Notes: generated by a model from the letters alone, not told the origin. Shown: positions 49,014-59,046, numbered from the stretch's first letter. The stretch is 64,000 bases of DNA from an uncultured bacterium (GCA_963707865.1 OY970175.1:758028-822027), one strand, 5' to 3'. Made by a program: numbers and translations.

Positions 49014-49089
49014 TGGCGGGGCGGCATAGCGCCCCGCGAATAAATTCTCCGCCGACCTCTCGGGGGTCGGCGGATAGTTTCAGTATTCT

Positions 49090-50508
49090 TTAATATCGGT
49101 AATAGTCAGGCTTGTAGGGACCGTTCAGTGGGACATTTAGATAGGCGGCTTGTGACTTGGTGAGCTTAGTGAGCTTCACGCCGATCTTCTGGAGATGGAG
49201 GCGGGCCACTTCTTCGTCAATTTCTTTGGGCAGGCGGTACACGCCGATCTCGTAATGATTTTTCCATAACGCAAGTTGGGCGAACACTTGGTTTGAAAAA
49301 CTATTGCTCATCACGAAGCTTGGATGGCCGGTCGCGCAGCCGAGGTTCACAAGCCGCCCTTCGGCCAAGACGTATATCTCGTGCTGGTCGGGGAAAACGT
49401 ACTTGTCCACCTGCGGCTTCACGTTCATTTTTTTCACGCCTCGCGCCGCGTTGAGACGGCCCACCTGAACCTCGTTCTCAAAATGGCCGATGTTGCACAC
49501 GATCGCCTGATCCTTCATTTTTTTCATGTGCTCCAAAGTAATCACATCCCTGTCGCCGGTCGCGGTCACGTAGATGTCTGCGCGGCCGAGTGTGTTTTCC
49601 ACGGTCGCGACTTCGTAGCCGTCCATAGCCGCTTGGAGGGCGCAGATGGGGTCTATCTCCGTCATAATGACACGGCAACCCTGCCCACGGAGCGATTGGG
49701 CCGAGCCCTTGCCGACGTCGCCGTAGCCGCACACGACGGCGGTCTTCCCGCCGATCATGACATCAGTCGCGCGATTCAGTCCGTCAATCAGGGAGTGGCG
49801 GCAGCCATAGATGTTATCAAATTTGCTTTTGGTCACGGAGTCGTTCACGTTGATCGCGGGGAAGAGGAGCTCGTTTCGCGCAAGGCGTTCATAGAGCCGG
49901 TGGACGCCTGTCGTCGTTTCTTCGGAAACGCCGCGGATCTTTTTTGCGGCTTTCGTCCAGCGGGCGGGATTCTTTTTGTAAATGAGCGCGAGCCGCTTTA
50001 TGAGTTCTTTTTCGTCGGGAGACATATTCACGCGTTGCGCCTGGTTTTGCGTCCGGAGAATGGCGGGATTTTTTTCCGCGGCTGCGCCCAGGTGGACCAT
50101 AAGCGTCGCGTCGCCTCCGTCGTCCACAATAAGGTCCGGACCTTTACCGTTCCCGAAATCCAGCGCGCGGTCAGTGCAGTCCCAATATTCGGCGAGCGTT
50201 TCTCCTTTCCAGGCGAAGACGGGAATGCCGGCTTTCGCGATGGCCGCGGCCGCATGGTCCTGCGTTGAAAAAATGTTGCAGCTTGCCCAGCGCACCCTGG
50301 CGCCGAGCGACGTGAGCGTTTCTATAAGCACCGCGGTCTGGACCGTCATGTGAAGAGAGCCCGTGATCCGGGCGCCTTTAAGCGGCTTCCGCCCGGCGTA
50401 TCGTTTGCGGAGCGCCATGAGTCCCGGCATCTCCTTCTCCGCCATTTCGATTTCCTTTCTTCCCCAATCGGCGAGCGCGATATTTTTTATTTTGTAATCG
50501 TTCTTCAT
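49090..50508 (-). CDS. ahcY: Adenosylhomocysteinase (SAH hydrolase)
   Basis: [54 protein letters not shown]. Confidence 0.98.
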   Translation of the reverse strand: MKNDYKIKNIALADWGRKEIEMAEKEMPGLMALRKRYAGRKPLKGARITGSLHMTVQTAVLIETLTSLGARVRWASCNIFSTQDHAAAAIAKAGIPVFAWKGETLAEYWDCTDRALDFGNGKGPDLIVDDGGDATLMVHLGAAAEKNPAILRTQNQAQRVNMSPDEKELIKRLALIYKKNPARWTKAAKKIRGVSEETTTGVHRLYERLARNELLFPAINVNDSVTKSKFDNIYGCRHSLIDGLNRATDVMIGGKTAVVCGYGDVGKGSAQSLRGQGCRVIMTEIDPICALQAAMDGYEVATVENTLGRADIYVTATGDRDVITLEHMKKMKDQAIVCNIGHFENEVQVGRLNAARGVKKMNVKPQVDKYVFPDQHEIYVLAEGRLVNLGCATGHPSFVMSNSFSNQVFAQLALWKNHYEIGVYRLPKEIDEEVARLHLQKIGVKLTKLTKSQAAYLNVPLNGPYKPDYYRY

Positions 50509-51449
50509 ATTTTTATTTCGGCCCCGTACGTTTTTTTGAACCGTGCGCAGAAATCTTTCTTCGTGAAAAAATGTTCCTGCGTTCCGGATCGCTCAATGCA
50601 GAAACTCGCCGCGACGCTTCCCATCCGGCCGCAGGCCGTTAGTTCGTATTGTCGTTCAAGTCCGGCCAAAAAGCCAGCGCGATAGGCGTCTCCCGCTCCA
50701 GTGGGATCTTCCACGCGCCGCGGTTTTGCGGGCGCTATTCGCAGCGTTCCCTTCGCCGTGGTAATGACGGACCCTTTTTCTCCGAGCGTCGTCACGAGCG
50801 CCGCGGTTTTTCTTGCGATATCGCGCACGGTCCAGCCGGTCCGTTTCGCAAGCGTTCTCGCCTCGTAATCGTTTCCGATAGTAAGCGCGGAGAGCCGCGC
50901 TGCTTCTCGTATTACGGCGCCGCTCAAGGATGCGGACCACTGGCCCGGGTCAAACATCACGGGAATACCGCGTGCCGCACATTCGCGCATGTGGCGCCGC
51001 ATCGTTCGCGCGTGCGAAGGAGCGACGATCGCGAACGCGATTTTTTCTTTTGTGCGTATATTTGAAACGTGCGGTGCGAGTTCCGGATCCGCGCCGCTCC
51101 AATATGCCGTGATCTGGTTGTCATCCTTGTCGGTCGTGATGTGCGCCGATGCCGTGAAACGGTTTTTGTCCCGTGCGATATATTTCGTGCCAATCCCTGC
51201 GCGCCGCAGGTATGAGAGATATTCCCCGCCATCCTTGCCGAGCGCGGAGACGATGATCGGTTTGCCGCCGAGAAGCTTCAGCGTATAGGCGATATTTCCC
51301 GCCGTCCCGCCGCGGCTTTTCGCGAGCCGCGTGACCGGAAAGCAAACATTCAAAATATGGATGTTTTTGGGGAGGATGTAGTCCTTAAAGCGGCCAGGGA
51401 AATCCATGATGTAGTCATATGCGAGAGAGCCCGAAATAAGTATAGCCAT
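50505..51449 (-). CDS. adoK: PfkB family kinase, bacterial adenosine-kinase-like
   Basis: [50 protein letters not shown]; overlaps ahcY. Confidence 0.8.
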   Translation of the reverse strand: MAILISGSLAYDYIMDFPGRFKDYILPKNIHILNVCFPVTRLAKSRGGTAGNIAYTLKLLGGKPIIVSALGKDGGEYLSYLRRAGIGTKYIARDKNRFTASAHITTDKDDNQITAYWSGADPELAPHVSNIRTKEKIAFAIVAPSHARTMRRHMRECAARGIPVMFDPGQWSASLSGAVIREAARLSALTIGNDYEARTLAKRTGWTVRDIARKTAALVTTLGEKGSVITTAKGTLRIAPAKPRRVEDPTGAGDAYRAGFLAGLERQYELTACGRMGSVAASFCIERSGTQEHFFTKKDFCARFKKTYGAEIKI

Positions 51450-51483
51450 AGCATCCATTCTATCACTCTATTAGAATGGTAGT

Positions 51484-51999
51484 ATGGTCTCTACTTTGAT
51501 CCCTGCGAAAATATCCCTTATCGCCGCAATGGGGGAGAACAGGGTGATTGGCTCGCGCGGGAAAATCCCGTGGCATCTCCCCGCAGACTTCGCACACTTC
51601 AGGGATATCACCATGGGCCACCCGGTCATCATGGGATGGAAAACGTTTGAGTCCATTGGTAAACCGCTTCCCGGACGGACGAATATTGTGGTCACGATGC
51701 AGCCGGACCATGAAATAAAGGGATATCGCATGGCAGGGACCCTTGATGAGGCATTGCGTCTTGCGGGGGAGGCGAAAGGAGGAGAAGAAATTTTCGTCAT
51801 AGGAGGAGCGCTCACCTACAAAGAGGCGCTTCCGAAAGCCGATTGGATCTACCTCACGAAGATACGCGGCATTTTTGAGGGAGATGCGTTTTTCCCCGAA
51901 TTCAGTTCGACGGAGTGGCGGCTCGCCCAATCGGAGTTTCACAAAAGAGACTCAGAGAATCAATACGATTATACCTTCAATACCTACGAGCGGAGGTAG
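51484..51999 (+). CDS. folA: Dihydrofolate reductase
   Basis: IAAMGENRVIG, IPWHLPAD, MGWKTFESIG.PLPGRTNIV, VIGGA, GDAFFP. Confidence 0.96.
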   Translation: MVSTLIPAKISLIAAMGENRVIGSRGKIPWHLPADFAHFRDITMGHPVIMGWKTFESIGKPLPGRTNIVVTMQPDHEIKGYRMAGTLDEALRLAGEAKGGEEIFVIGGALTYKEALPKADWIYLTKIRGIFEGDAFFPEFSSTEWRLAQSEFHKRDSENQYDYTFNTYERR

Positions 52000-52056
52000 C
52001 CCCCTCGCATAGAGTACCCACCACGGTGAGGCCCATAAGGATTTTTTGGGGGCGAT

Positions 52057-52560
52057 CTAGGGAAGCGCTAAGAACCACAGACCACCGATACTATCTCCGT
52101 TCGCATCACCCACATTTTTATCTTCATAATAGAAATAGAGAGGAGTACTGTTGTAAGTAACCTGCAGGGTCCCATCCGACCGCATGGTGGTTCCTACTTG
52201 TCCAGTCACGCCTGGTCCGCCGCCAAGGGGAGAACTGGCCTCGCTCGCCGGAATCGTATAGGGAAGCCAAGACGCTGCGCACGGACCAGGGTGGTCCGAA
52301 CAATCGCGCAAGCCGAACTGGTTGGGAGAGTAGAGTGTCATGCCATTCGATGCAACGAGATAAGTACCTATGCTCGTGTGCGCGACATTCAAAACAACCA
52401 TGGTGGTCGGTGTCGTGGTGGTGGGAGGTGTCACCGCGCTTGGTTGATTCACTACATTCGCATTGTTCGAACTCCGTTGCACTATCGATGACCAATACCA
52501 GAGCCCGAGAACCGCGATGATTACTACGATCGTGAGCCAAATAATGTAAGATCGATTCAT
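52057..52560 (-). CDS. Membrane-anchored protein with Lipoprotein_15 (COG4315)-type repeats
   Basis: TM MNRSYIIWLTIVVII; GTYLV..NGMTLY, CAASWLP, RSDGTLQVTYN..PLYFY..D..GDANG...GLW. Confidence 0.75.
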   Translation of the reverse strand: MNRSYIIWLTIVVIIAVLGLWYWSSIVQRSSNNANVVNQPSAVTPPTTTTPTTMVVLNVAHTSIGTYLVASNGMTLYSPNQFGLRDCSDHPGPCAASWLPYTIPASEASSPLGGGPGVTGQVGTTMRSDGTLQVTYNSTPLYFYYEDKNVGDANGDSIGGLWFLALP

Positions 52561-52729
52561 GCCCCTTATGTTAACCACTATATTACCACATACGGTTGAT
52601 TGTGGAAAACCGACGCAACCACATCTCTTCGATAAAGAATGCTGACCGTAGGGACAACACAAATGGAACCAGTGCGAGGACACGGGTGGGGAAAGCGTGT
52701 GAGAAAAGTGTGGAAAGGGTGTTGATGAA

Positions 52730-53731
52730 CTAGCCGGTTTTTTTCTTGGTGAATTCCCTCCAGGAATCCGTAGTGAAGCCGCCGATGGGCGCAAGTTCCG
52801 CCTTGATCGGCGGGTGAGGATCGTAGCCCGTGAGCGTTACGTGCTCCGGTTTGAAGTCGTCAATTGTTTTCACTGCGGGATCAAGCGTCACTTTCGGGAA
52901 TGGCCTCGGCTCGCGCGTGAGCTGTTCTTTAACGGCGTCGAAATGATTTTCGTAAATATGGGCGTCGCCGAAGGTGTGAACGAATTCTCCCGGCTCATTG
53001 CCCGTTACCTGGGCGAGGATGATGGTGAGGAGCGCATAGCTCGCGATGTTAAAGGGGACTCCAAGGAACATATCGGCCGTGCGCTGGTAAAGATGAAGCG
53101 AAAGCTTGCCGTTCTTGACGTTCGCTTGGTACATATTGTGGCAGATGGGGAAGCGGCACGCTTCGTGGGGCAACGCCATTTCGTAGAGATATTCGGGATT
53201 CCAGGAATTCACGAGCGCGTTGTGGGCATCCGAATCTTTCTTTATGTCGTCCACGAGCCACTGGACCTGGTCAATCGTCCGGCCGTCTTTCGCGGGCCAT
53301 CGGCGCCAGAGTTCTCCATAGATATATTTCAGATCCCCGTGCTGCTTTGCGAATGCCGCGTCGCCCGCGATCTTAGCGATGAATTCTTCTTTCGTAAGCG
53401 GAGGAAGTTCGCCCTTATCTATTTTTTCTCGGTAAATTTTGTAAGGGTAGTCGTCCCAGATGTGGACGTTCGCATCCACAAGATATTTTATATTGGACTG
53501 GCCGGACAAGAACCACGCGAGCTCGTATAGAATTCCTTTCCAAAATACCTTTTTTGTGGTGAGGAGGGGGAATCCTTCCGCAAGATTAAACCGCATCTGC
53601 CGGCCGAAGACGCTCCAAGTAATGGAGCCGATTCCCTTGTCTACCTGCTTCACGCCGTGGTCAAGGATGTCGCGAAGGAGGTCAAGGTATTGATATTCGG
53701 GGTGCCGCACACCCGCGGGAACGTTTGTCAT
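52730..53731 (-). CDS. thyA: Thymidylate synthase ThyA
   Basis: QYLDLL, FGRQMRF, FPLLTTKK, IWDD, YGELWR, ICH, YQRTADMFLGVPFN, GDAHIYENH. Confidence 0.93.
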   Translation of the reverse strand: MTNVPAGVRHPEYQYLDLLRDILDHGVKQVDKGIGSITWSVFGRQMRFNLAEGFPLLTTKKVFWKGILYELAWFLSGQSNIKYLVDANVHIWDDYPYKIYREKIDKGELPPLTKEEFIAKIAGDAAFAKQHGDLKYIYGELWRRWPAKDGRTIDQVQWLVDDIKKDSDAHNALVNSWNPEYLYEMALPHEACRFPICHNMYQANVKNGKLSLHLYQRTADMFLGVPFNIASYALLTIILAQVTGNEPGEFVHTFGDAHIYENHFDAVKEQLTREPRPFPKVTLDPAVKTIDDFKPEHVTLTGYDPHPPIKAELAPIGGFTTDSWREFTKKKTG

Positions 53732-53735
53732 GGTT

Positions 53736-54413
53736 CTACTCTATCACGAAGGTTTTTTCGGTACCATAATACTCCGGCCAATGCGCGTTGTAGTAGGCGA
53801 ACATGCGTGCGAGGCGTTCCTGGTTAAGCTCTTCGAGCCCTACACTTTTTATTATTTCGCGGAGCTTCGCCTTCGCCCCGTCCGCGTGGGAGGGATCGCT
53901 TGCTATGATTTCAAATTCGGCGAGGTAGCCGTAGCCGGCATTTTTGTCTATCGTCACGTTGGCATCCGCAAATTTGTATTCCGTCCGCTCGCGTGACCAT
54001 TTTGCCTGGTAGCGGAAACCGGCGTTGAGTAGGGCTTCGTCAAGTTTTACGAGCGGCATGGTTACCTCGCGCTCAAATTCCCGACGTGCGGTGCCGTTCG
54101 CGCTCGTCGTGTCGTCAATGGTCGCCTTAAGGACCAAGAGCACCCTCCCGTCCGCTTCACGCGTGCGCAGGGAAAAATCTTTCGCTCGTTTCGCAAGATC
54201 AAGGAATTCTTTCCGCGCCTCATCGTCGCGAATGACTTTTGCGACGGCGGCGAGATCGCCATCTCCTTCAAAGTAGTGGTTGAGTTGCTTGTGTGAGCCG
54301 ATCTTCCGTAGTTTTGGGTTCAGCTTTTTCATCTGTGCCTCAAATCGCTCCGCGTTTTCGCGGTTCCCCAAGAGGCACTTGATCTCTATTTCGTAGCCGC
54401 CGTTCTTCATCAT
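53736..54413 (-). CDS. CYTH-domain (triphosphate tunnel) protein
   Basis: YEIEIK (ExExK), QLNHYF, SLRTR, RREFE, RERTEY, TID, YLAEFE. Confidence 0.85.
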   Translation of the reverse strand: MMKNGGYEIEIKCLLGNRENAERFEAQMKKLNPKLRKIGSHKQLNHYFEGDGDLAAVAKVIRDDEARKEFLDLAKRAKDFSLRTREADGRVLLVLKATIDDTTSANGTARREFEREVTMPLVKLDEALLNAGFRYQAKWSRERTEYKFADANVTIDKNAGYGYLAEFEIIASDPSHADGAKAKLREIIKSVGLEELNQERLARMFAYYNAHWPEYYGTEKTFVIE

Positions 54414-54997
54414 TTCCGCCTTTTTGTTCTTGCTTCTTGCGAAAGCTTTGACGCGACTGGCTTTTTCTGACCGGCATATTTACTTCCTTTTTTCATATAG
54501 TAGGGAACTTCCACCGCGCTTGACACCTCTTCAAACGTGAAAGCACACACCCGCATGCCGGGATAGAGAAGTACGGGCACGACGCCCAGGTTACCGAGTT
54601 CCATCACCGGCTTCCCGCGCCAGCCGGGATCAAAGATGGACGCTGTGCCGTGGACGATAACGCCGAGGCGCCCAAGAGAACTCCTTCCTTCAATGCGCCC
54701 CACGAGATCGTCCCCGATTTCCAGCCATTCAAGCGTGGTCGCGAGCACGAGGTCTTGAGGGTGGAGCACGAAAGAGCCGCCCTTCGGAACCACAACATCT
54801 TCCATAAGGGTCGCCGCCTGTTTCATGTCCTGGGTATCTATATGGGGGACGTGAGTGCGGCGGAACACCTGGAACTCGTGGCCGAGCCGCAGGTCGAGCG
54901 AGCACGAGCCGAGCTGGGTTTTGAAATCCGGCGCCGGCGTGATTTTGATGCGTCCTGCCTTGAGCGCTTTCTTGATGTCGCGGTCCGAAAGGATCAT
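54410..54997 (-). CDS. dcd: dCTP deaminase
   Basis: MILSDRDI, SLDLRLG, EGRSSLGRLG, DPGWRG...MELGN, LYPGMRV, SKYAGQ. Confidence 0.93.
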   Translation of the reverse strand: MILSDRDIKKALKAGRIKITPAPDFKTQLGSCSLDLRLGHEFQVFRRTHVPHIDTQDMKQAATLMEDVVVPKGGSFVLHPQDLVLATTLEWLEIGDDLVGRIEGRSSLGRLGVIVHGTASIFDPGWRGKPVMELGNLGVVPVLLYPGMRVCAFTFEEVSSAVEVPYYMKKGSKYAGQKKPVASKLSQEARTKRRK

Positions 54998-55101
54998 GGT
55001 AGGAAAATTGTAACGCGCGCAAGGGGAATGGGCAAATAGGCGCACAGGCCTGTTGTCTTGGATTTTATATTCTAATATTGCCGCCATGCTAAAATAAGCA
55101 T

Positions 55102-55545
55102 ATGGAACCTGCATATCTCGATTGGTTTTTGATTTTGATAATTCTTGTCATAATCGCGGGCTTCTTTCTTTCCGGACTCATTATGGCGGTGCCTGACTAT
55201 TTTAGTGATTTTTCCCGGAGAAAAAAGATGCAACAACTGGCGAAGGATTTCGATTTTCAGTTTGAAAGCAAATCCAGCTTTCCCTCGTTCATGTTTTCTG
55301 CGCGATGGTTTTATACAGAAAATGGAGCAATCCATAGGCACAGTCTCTCCGGGCAAATCGGAAAGAACGAAATTGAAATCTGCGATTCTATAAAATATGT
55401 TACTCGCTCGCGTTGGAGAGGTGGCGGGTTTAGTGTTGAAAAAACCATTGTGAAAATAAACAGAAAAGTTATGGGGGAGATGACGCCCCCTGAAGGGTTT
55501 ATTTCGACGGACGAGCTGCGAACCATCTTACAAAAATTGCGCTGA
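55102..55545 (+). CDS. Hypothetical single-TM protein
   Basis: N-terminal TM; TAAAAT 6 nt upstream of ATG. Confidence 0.65.
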   Translation: MEPAYLDWFLILIILVIIAGFFLSGLIMAVPDYFSDFSRRKKMQQLAKDFDFQFESKSSFPSFMFSARWFYTENGAIHRHSLSGQIGKNEIEICDSIKYVTRSRWRGGGFSVEKTIVKINRKVMGEMTPPEGFISTDELRTILQKLR

Positions 55546-55617
55546 TGCGTGGATGAATGCTCGGGTCTGTGCGCGGGAGAGGATTTGAACAATGAAAACT
55601 AACGGAGGGTTGGTGGA

Positions 55618-56943
55618 TTAATCAATTCCCGGTACGGGGAACGGCGTCGCGAATTTTTTCACGGCGTCGTGCACTTCTTTTATGAGCGGATGATTGGGGA
55701 GCGAGGCGTTGAACGCGCGCATGAATTCAATGCGCTTTTCCTTGTCGGTGGGGAGTTCGTTCTTCGCGAATTCGTGCGCGATGCGGGCGATGAAGGAAGC
55801 GACCGTCTTCATGTGCTCCTCTTTCATGCCGCGCGAGGTGATGGGCGGAGTGCCGAGGCGGATGCCGGACGGGTAGTACGGCGGCGCGGGGTCGTTGGGG
55901 ATGGAGCTTTTGTTCACGCTGATGCCCGCCGCTTCAAGCGCTTTTTCTACAAACACGCCTCGCCCCGGGCCGAACACACGGAGGTCAATGAGCATGAGAT
56001 GATTGTCGGTTCCGCCCGAAATGAGCCGCAGGCCCTGCGCTTGGAGCTCTTTCGCAAGTGCCTTCGCATTCGCCACAACTTGATGTGCGTATTCCTTGAA
56101 CTCCGGAAGCGTGGTTTCGTGGAGGGCAACGGCAATGCCCGCGATCGTATTTTCGTGCGGTCCTCCCTGCATGCCGGGGAACACCGCGCGGTCAATTTTG
56201 TCTTTCAGTTCTTCTTTACAGAAGATCATCGCCGCACGCGGGCCGCGCAGCGTTTTGTGCGTGGTCGTCGTGACTACGTCCATGAGCGGGAATGGAGAGG
56301 GATGGGCGCCGCCGACGATGAGCCCCGCGATGTGGGAGACGTCCGCCATGGAATAGGCGCCGACGCTCTTTGCGATCTCGCTGAATTTTTTGAAATCAAT
56401 GGTCCGCGGATAGGCAGTGTAGCCGCACACGATCAATTTCGGTTTGTGTTCCCGTGCAAGCTTTTCAATCGCGTCGTAATCAAGCGTTTCGTTCTTTTCG
56501 TCCACTTGATAATGAACAAACTTGAACAGCTTCCCCGACATATTGACGGGAGAGCCGTGCGTGAGGTGCCCTCCATGGTCCAGGCGCATCGCCATGATGG
56601 TGGCGCCCGGCTCAAGAAGTCCGAAGTAGACCTCAAGGTTTGCGGGCGAACCGGAATACGGCTGGACATTCACGTGGTACCCCTCCGCGTGGAAAACCTC
56701 GCGCGCCCGCTTTTGGCAAAGCGTTTCCAGCTCGTCCACATTCACGCAGCCGCCGTAGTAACGCCGTCCTGGATAATTTTCCGCGTATTTGTTGCTGAGC
56801 ACGCTCCCTATCGCCTCAAGCACCGCGCGAGAGGCATAACTTTCGGAAGGGATGAGCTCAAGCCCTTCTTTCTGCCGCAACTTTTCCTTTTCAATGATTT
56901 CAAATACTTTCGGATCTTCGGCTTTAAGATTTTTTTGCGGCAT
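55618..56943 (-). CDS. glyA: Serine hydroxymethyltransferase
   Basis: LIPSESY, RYYGG, NVQPYSGS, GGHLTHG, TTTTHKTLRGPR, FPGMQGGP, SGIRLGT. Confidence 0.97.
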   Translation of the reverse strand: MPQKNLKAEDPKVFEIIEKEKLRQKEGLELIPSESYASRAVLEAIGSVLSNKYAENYPGRRYYGGCVNVDELETLCQKRAREVFHAEGYHVNVQPYSGSPANLEVYFGLLEPGATIMAMRLDHGGHLTHGSPVNMSGKLFKFVHYQVDEKNETLDYDAIEKLAREHKPKLIVCGYTAYPRTIDFKKFSEIAKSVGAYSMADVSHIAGLIVGGAHPSPFPLMDVVTTTTHKTLRGPRAAMIFCKEELKDKIDRAVFPGMQGGPHENTIAGIAVALHETTLPEFKEYAHQVVANAKALAKELQAQGLRLISGGTDNHLMLIDLRVFGPGRGVFVEKALEAAGISVNKSSIPNDPAPPYYPSGIRLGTPPITSRGMKEEHMKTVASFIARIAHEFAKNELPTDKEKRIEFMRAFNASLPNHPLIKEVHDAVKKFATPFPVPGID

Positions 56944-57028
56944 GGGTGTGGGAGTAAGAATAAGAATGTACTCCTATTATATACAAGCCCTTCTGTGGAT
57001 TCAAGTTTGATGATATGCTCTAGATATT

Positions 57029-57859
57029 ATGGTGATTGATGGGAGGAAGATTGCGACCGAGATCGCCGATCGCCTGAAAACATTACCGAAGCCGGAAAAA
57101 TTCTTGGCCGGGGTTTTGGTCGGCAACGACCCGGCATCAAAAAGTTTCCAGAGGATTAAGCACGATACCGCGGCACGCCTCGGTGTTGACTACCGCATCT
57201 ACGAATTCCCGGAGGATCTTACGAACGACGCGCTACGGAAGGAAGTGGGAAAGATCGCGGCGCACAAGACGTGCGGTGGGATCGTCGTACAGCTCCCCCT
57301 CCCGGAGCATTTCAATTGGTACGCGGTATTGAATGCCATTCCTCCGGAGAAGGACCCCGACCTCTTGAGCGAGCGGAGCTTGGGCGCGTTCTATAACGGC
57401 CGGAACAAAATTGTCCAGCCGGCAGCAGCGGTCGTCGCGGAAATCTTAAAGCGCGTTCAGTTTGACTTGAAAGGGAAAAAAGTGGTCGTCGTCGGACGTG
57501 GATTTTTGATCGGCAAACCGATTTCCCTGTGGTTCTTGGGTCAGAGAGCGGGCGACGTTACGGTCGTAGGGAAGGACTCGGACTTTTCGGCGCTCACGGC
57601 CGCGGATCTTGTGATCACAGGTGTAGGCAAGGCGGGGCTTATCACACCCGCGATGCTAAAGCAGGGCGCTGGCGTGATTGATTTCGGCTACGAAGGCGGC
57701 AAGGGCGATTTTGATCCGGGAGCAGCGAGTGCGAGTACGGGTGCGGGCACAGGCGCCCACAAAGAGTCCTCGGTTGCATTCTATACTCCCACGCCGGGCG
57801 GCACCGGCCCCATTCTTGTTGCAAAACTCCTGGAGAATTTCTATACCCTGAATTCCTGA
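57029..57859 (+). CDS. folD: Methylenetetrahydrofolate dehydrogenase/cyclohydrolase
   Basis: IDGRKIA, VQLPLP, EKDPD, VGRGFLIGKP, VIDFG, TPTPGGTGP. Confidence 0.92.
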   Translation: MVIDGRKIATEIADRLKTLPKPEKFLAGVLVGNDPASKSFQRIKHDTAARLGVDYRIYEFPEDLTNDALRKEVGKIAAHKTCGGIVVQLPLPEHFNWYAVLNAIPPEKDPDLLSERSLGAFYNGRNKIVQPAAAVVAEILKRVQFDLKGKKVVVVGRGFLIGKPISLWFLGQRAGDVTVVGKDSDFSALTAADLVITGVGKAGLITPAMLKQGAGVIDFGYEGGKGDFDPGAASASTGAGTGAHKESSVAFYTPTPGGTGPILVAKLLENFYTLNS

Positions 57860-57866
57860 TCTTTTG

Positions 57867-57938
57867 TGCGCGCTGTAGGATTTGAACCTACGACCTACCG
57901 CGTGTAAGGCGGTCGCTCTGCCGCTGAGCTAAGCGCGC
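57867..57938 (-). tRNA. tRNA-Val(TAC)
   Basis: GCGCGCT/AGCGCGC; ACCGC-CTTACAC-GCGGT. Confidence 0.94.
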
Positions 57939-58025
57939 GTTATTCCATCCTACAGGGAAGTACCAATTTTTTCAACTCTCCGAAAATACTCGGGGAGTGT
58001 GCCCTTCTTCCTAGGGCTAGAACTC

Positions 58026-58703
58026 CTACCTCGTCATTGTCCTTAGGCGCTCTCCCTGCCAATATTCATAAAATGGTCCCCACATGAATCCAGCTAAAAA
58101 CCAAAATATATACTCTTCAACAGGATAGGTTAAAAACGTGATTCCGGATAAGTGACTGAAAAGATAGGTTTCACGAGCCCAACTTGGATAGAAAAACAAT
58201 ATGCTTGAATAAAAAACTATAGACACAAAAAACATACAAATGCCAGTCAGGAACCCAGCTATTATTAGATCCCGGCGATAATAAAACATGACTGCGGCGA
58301 TGAAGATCATGGCGATGGTGCTCGCCCAGAACGAACTGAAATGGAGACCCCAGATAAGTATTGAAGTAATTTGGGCCAGCAAGAGGAGGATAGTAAATCC
58401 GCCTGGATGATGCTGATTGCTCTCCCGTTTGTATAATCTCTTGCGGAACAACTCTTCATAAATAACAGCCATTACGCCTCCGCCTGCAAAACCTACTAAG
58501 AAATCTTCTATCCCCACTCGCGTGCCGGTTATAGTCAATGGGCGCCACCAATCGTGTGTCCACCAAAAATAGCCAGTCGCCACACTCACGCCGCCGATGA
58601 GCACGCTCATGATTAGCATCTCTTTACGCAAATCTTTTCGGGAGAAAAATAAGATCAACCAAATAAAAAGGAAAACCACGCTTCCGATTAGAAATCCGTA
58701 CAT
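58026..58703 (-). CDS. Membrane protein with two lycopene-cyclase-like repeats
   Basis: Two repeats each with RKDL/RRDL and GIEDF/PVEEY motifs. Confidence 0.7.
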   Translation of the reverse strand: MYGFLIGSVVFLFIWLILFFSRKDLRKEMLIMSVLIGGVSVATGYFWWTHDWWRPLTITGTRVGIEDFLVGFAGGGVMAVIYEELFRKRLYKRESNQHHPGGFTILLLLAQITSILIWGLHFSSFWASTIAMIFIAAVMFYYRRDLIIAGFLTGICMFFVSIVFYSSILFFYPSWARETYLFSHLSGITFLTYPVEEYIFWFLAGFMWGPFYEYWQGERLRTMTR

Positions 58704-58782
58704 AGCTTTATTCTAACAGGATTCAATTCTCGTATGGGTCGAAAATCAAGACACCGCACAAAACGCGGCTTATAGAATGGTG

Positions 58783-58854
58783 CGCCCTCGGAGGGAATCG
58801 GACCCCCATCAAAGCCTTAGAAGAGCTCTGCTCTGTCCATTGAGCTACGAGGGC
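58783..58854 (-). tRNA. tRNA-Arg(TCT), atypical T loop
   Basis: GCCCTCG/CGAGGGC; GAGCT-CTTCTAA-GGCTT; T loop TCCGATT. Confidence 0.85.
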
Positions 58855-58923
58855 CCCGCGTCGCGGGGCACCGCTGAACGCATTGATTCTACAACGGAAA
58901 TAGGATAGTTTGAAGAGGCATCA

Positions 58924-58994
58924 CGGGCCGTCGTATACCGGTAGTACACCTGTTTTGGGTACAGGCAGACTGGGTTCAATTCCCAGCGGCCCGA
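58924..58994 (+). tRNA. tRNA-Pro(TGG)
   Basis: CGGGCCG/CGGCCCG; CCTGT-TTTGGGT-ACAGG. Confidence 0.93.
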
Positions 58995-59046
58995 CGTCAA
59001 GGCTTCTTTAATAATTCTTTAATGGAGTTTTTGTTATGCTGGACGC

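Noticed and set aside
51450-51483. SAH, SAM or THF riboswitch upstream of adoK-ahcY or folA
   Set aside because: The spacer is only ~34 nt and is filled by two divergent -10 boxes
55669-57039. Long antisense ORFs (also 42315-43535, 2970-3965, 26907-27926, 49324-50268)
   Set aside because: Antisense to glyA, ftsH, pilB, pcrA and ahcY; expected from codon bias, no motifs
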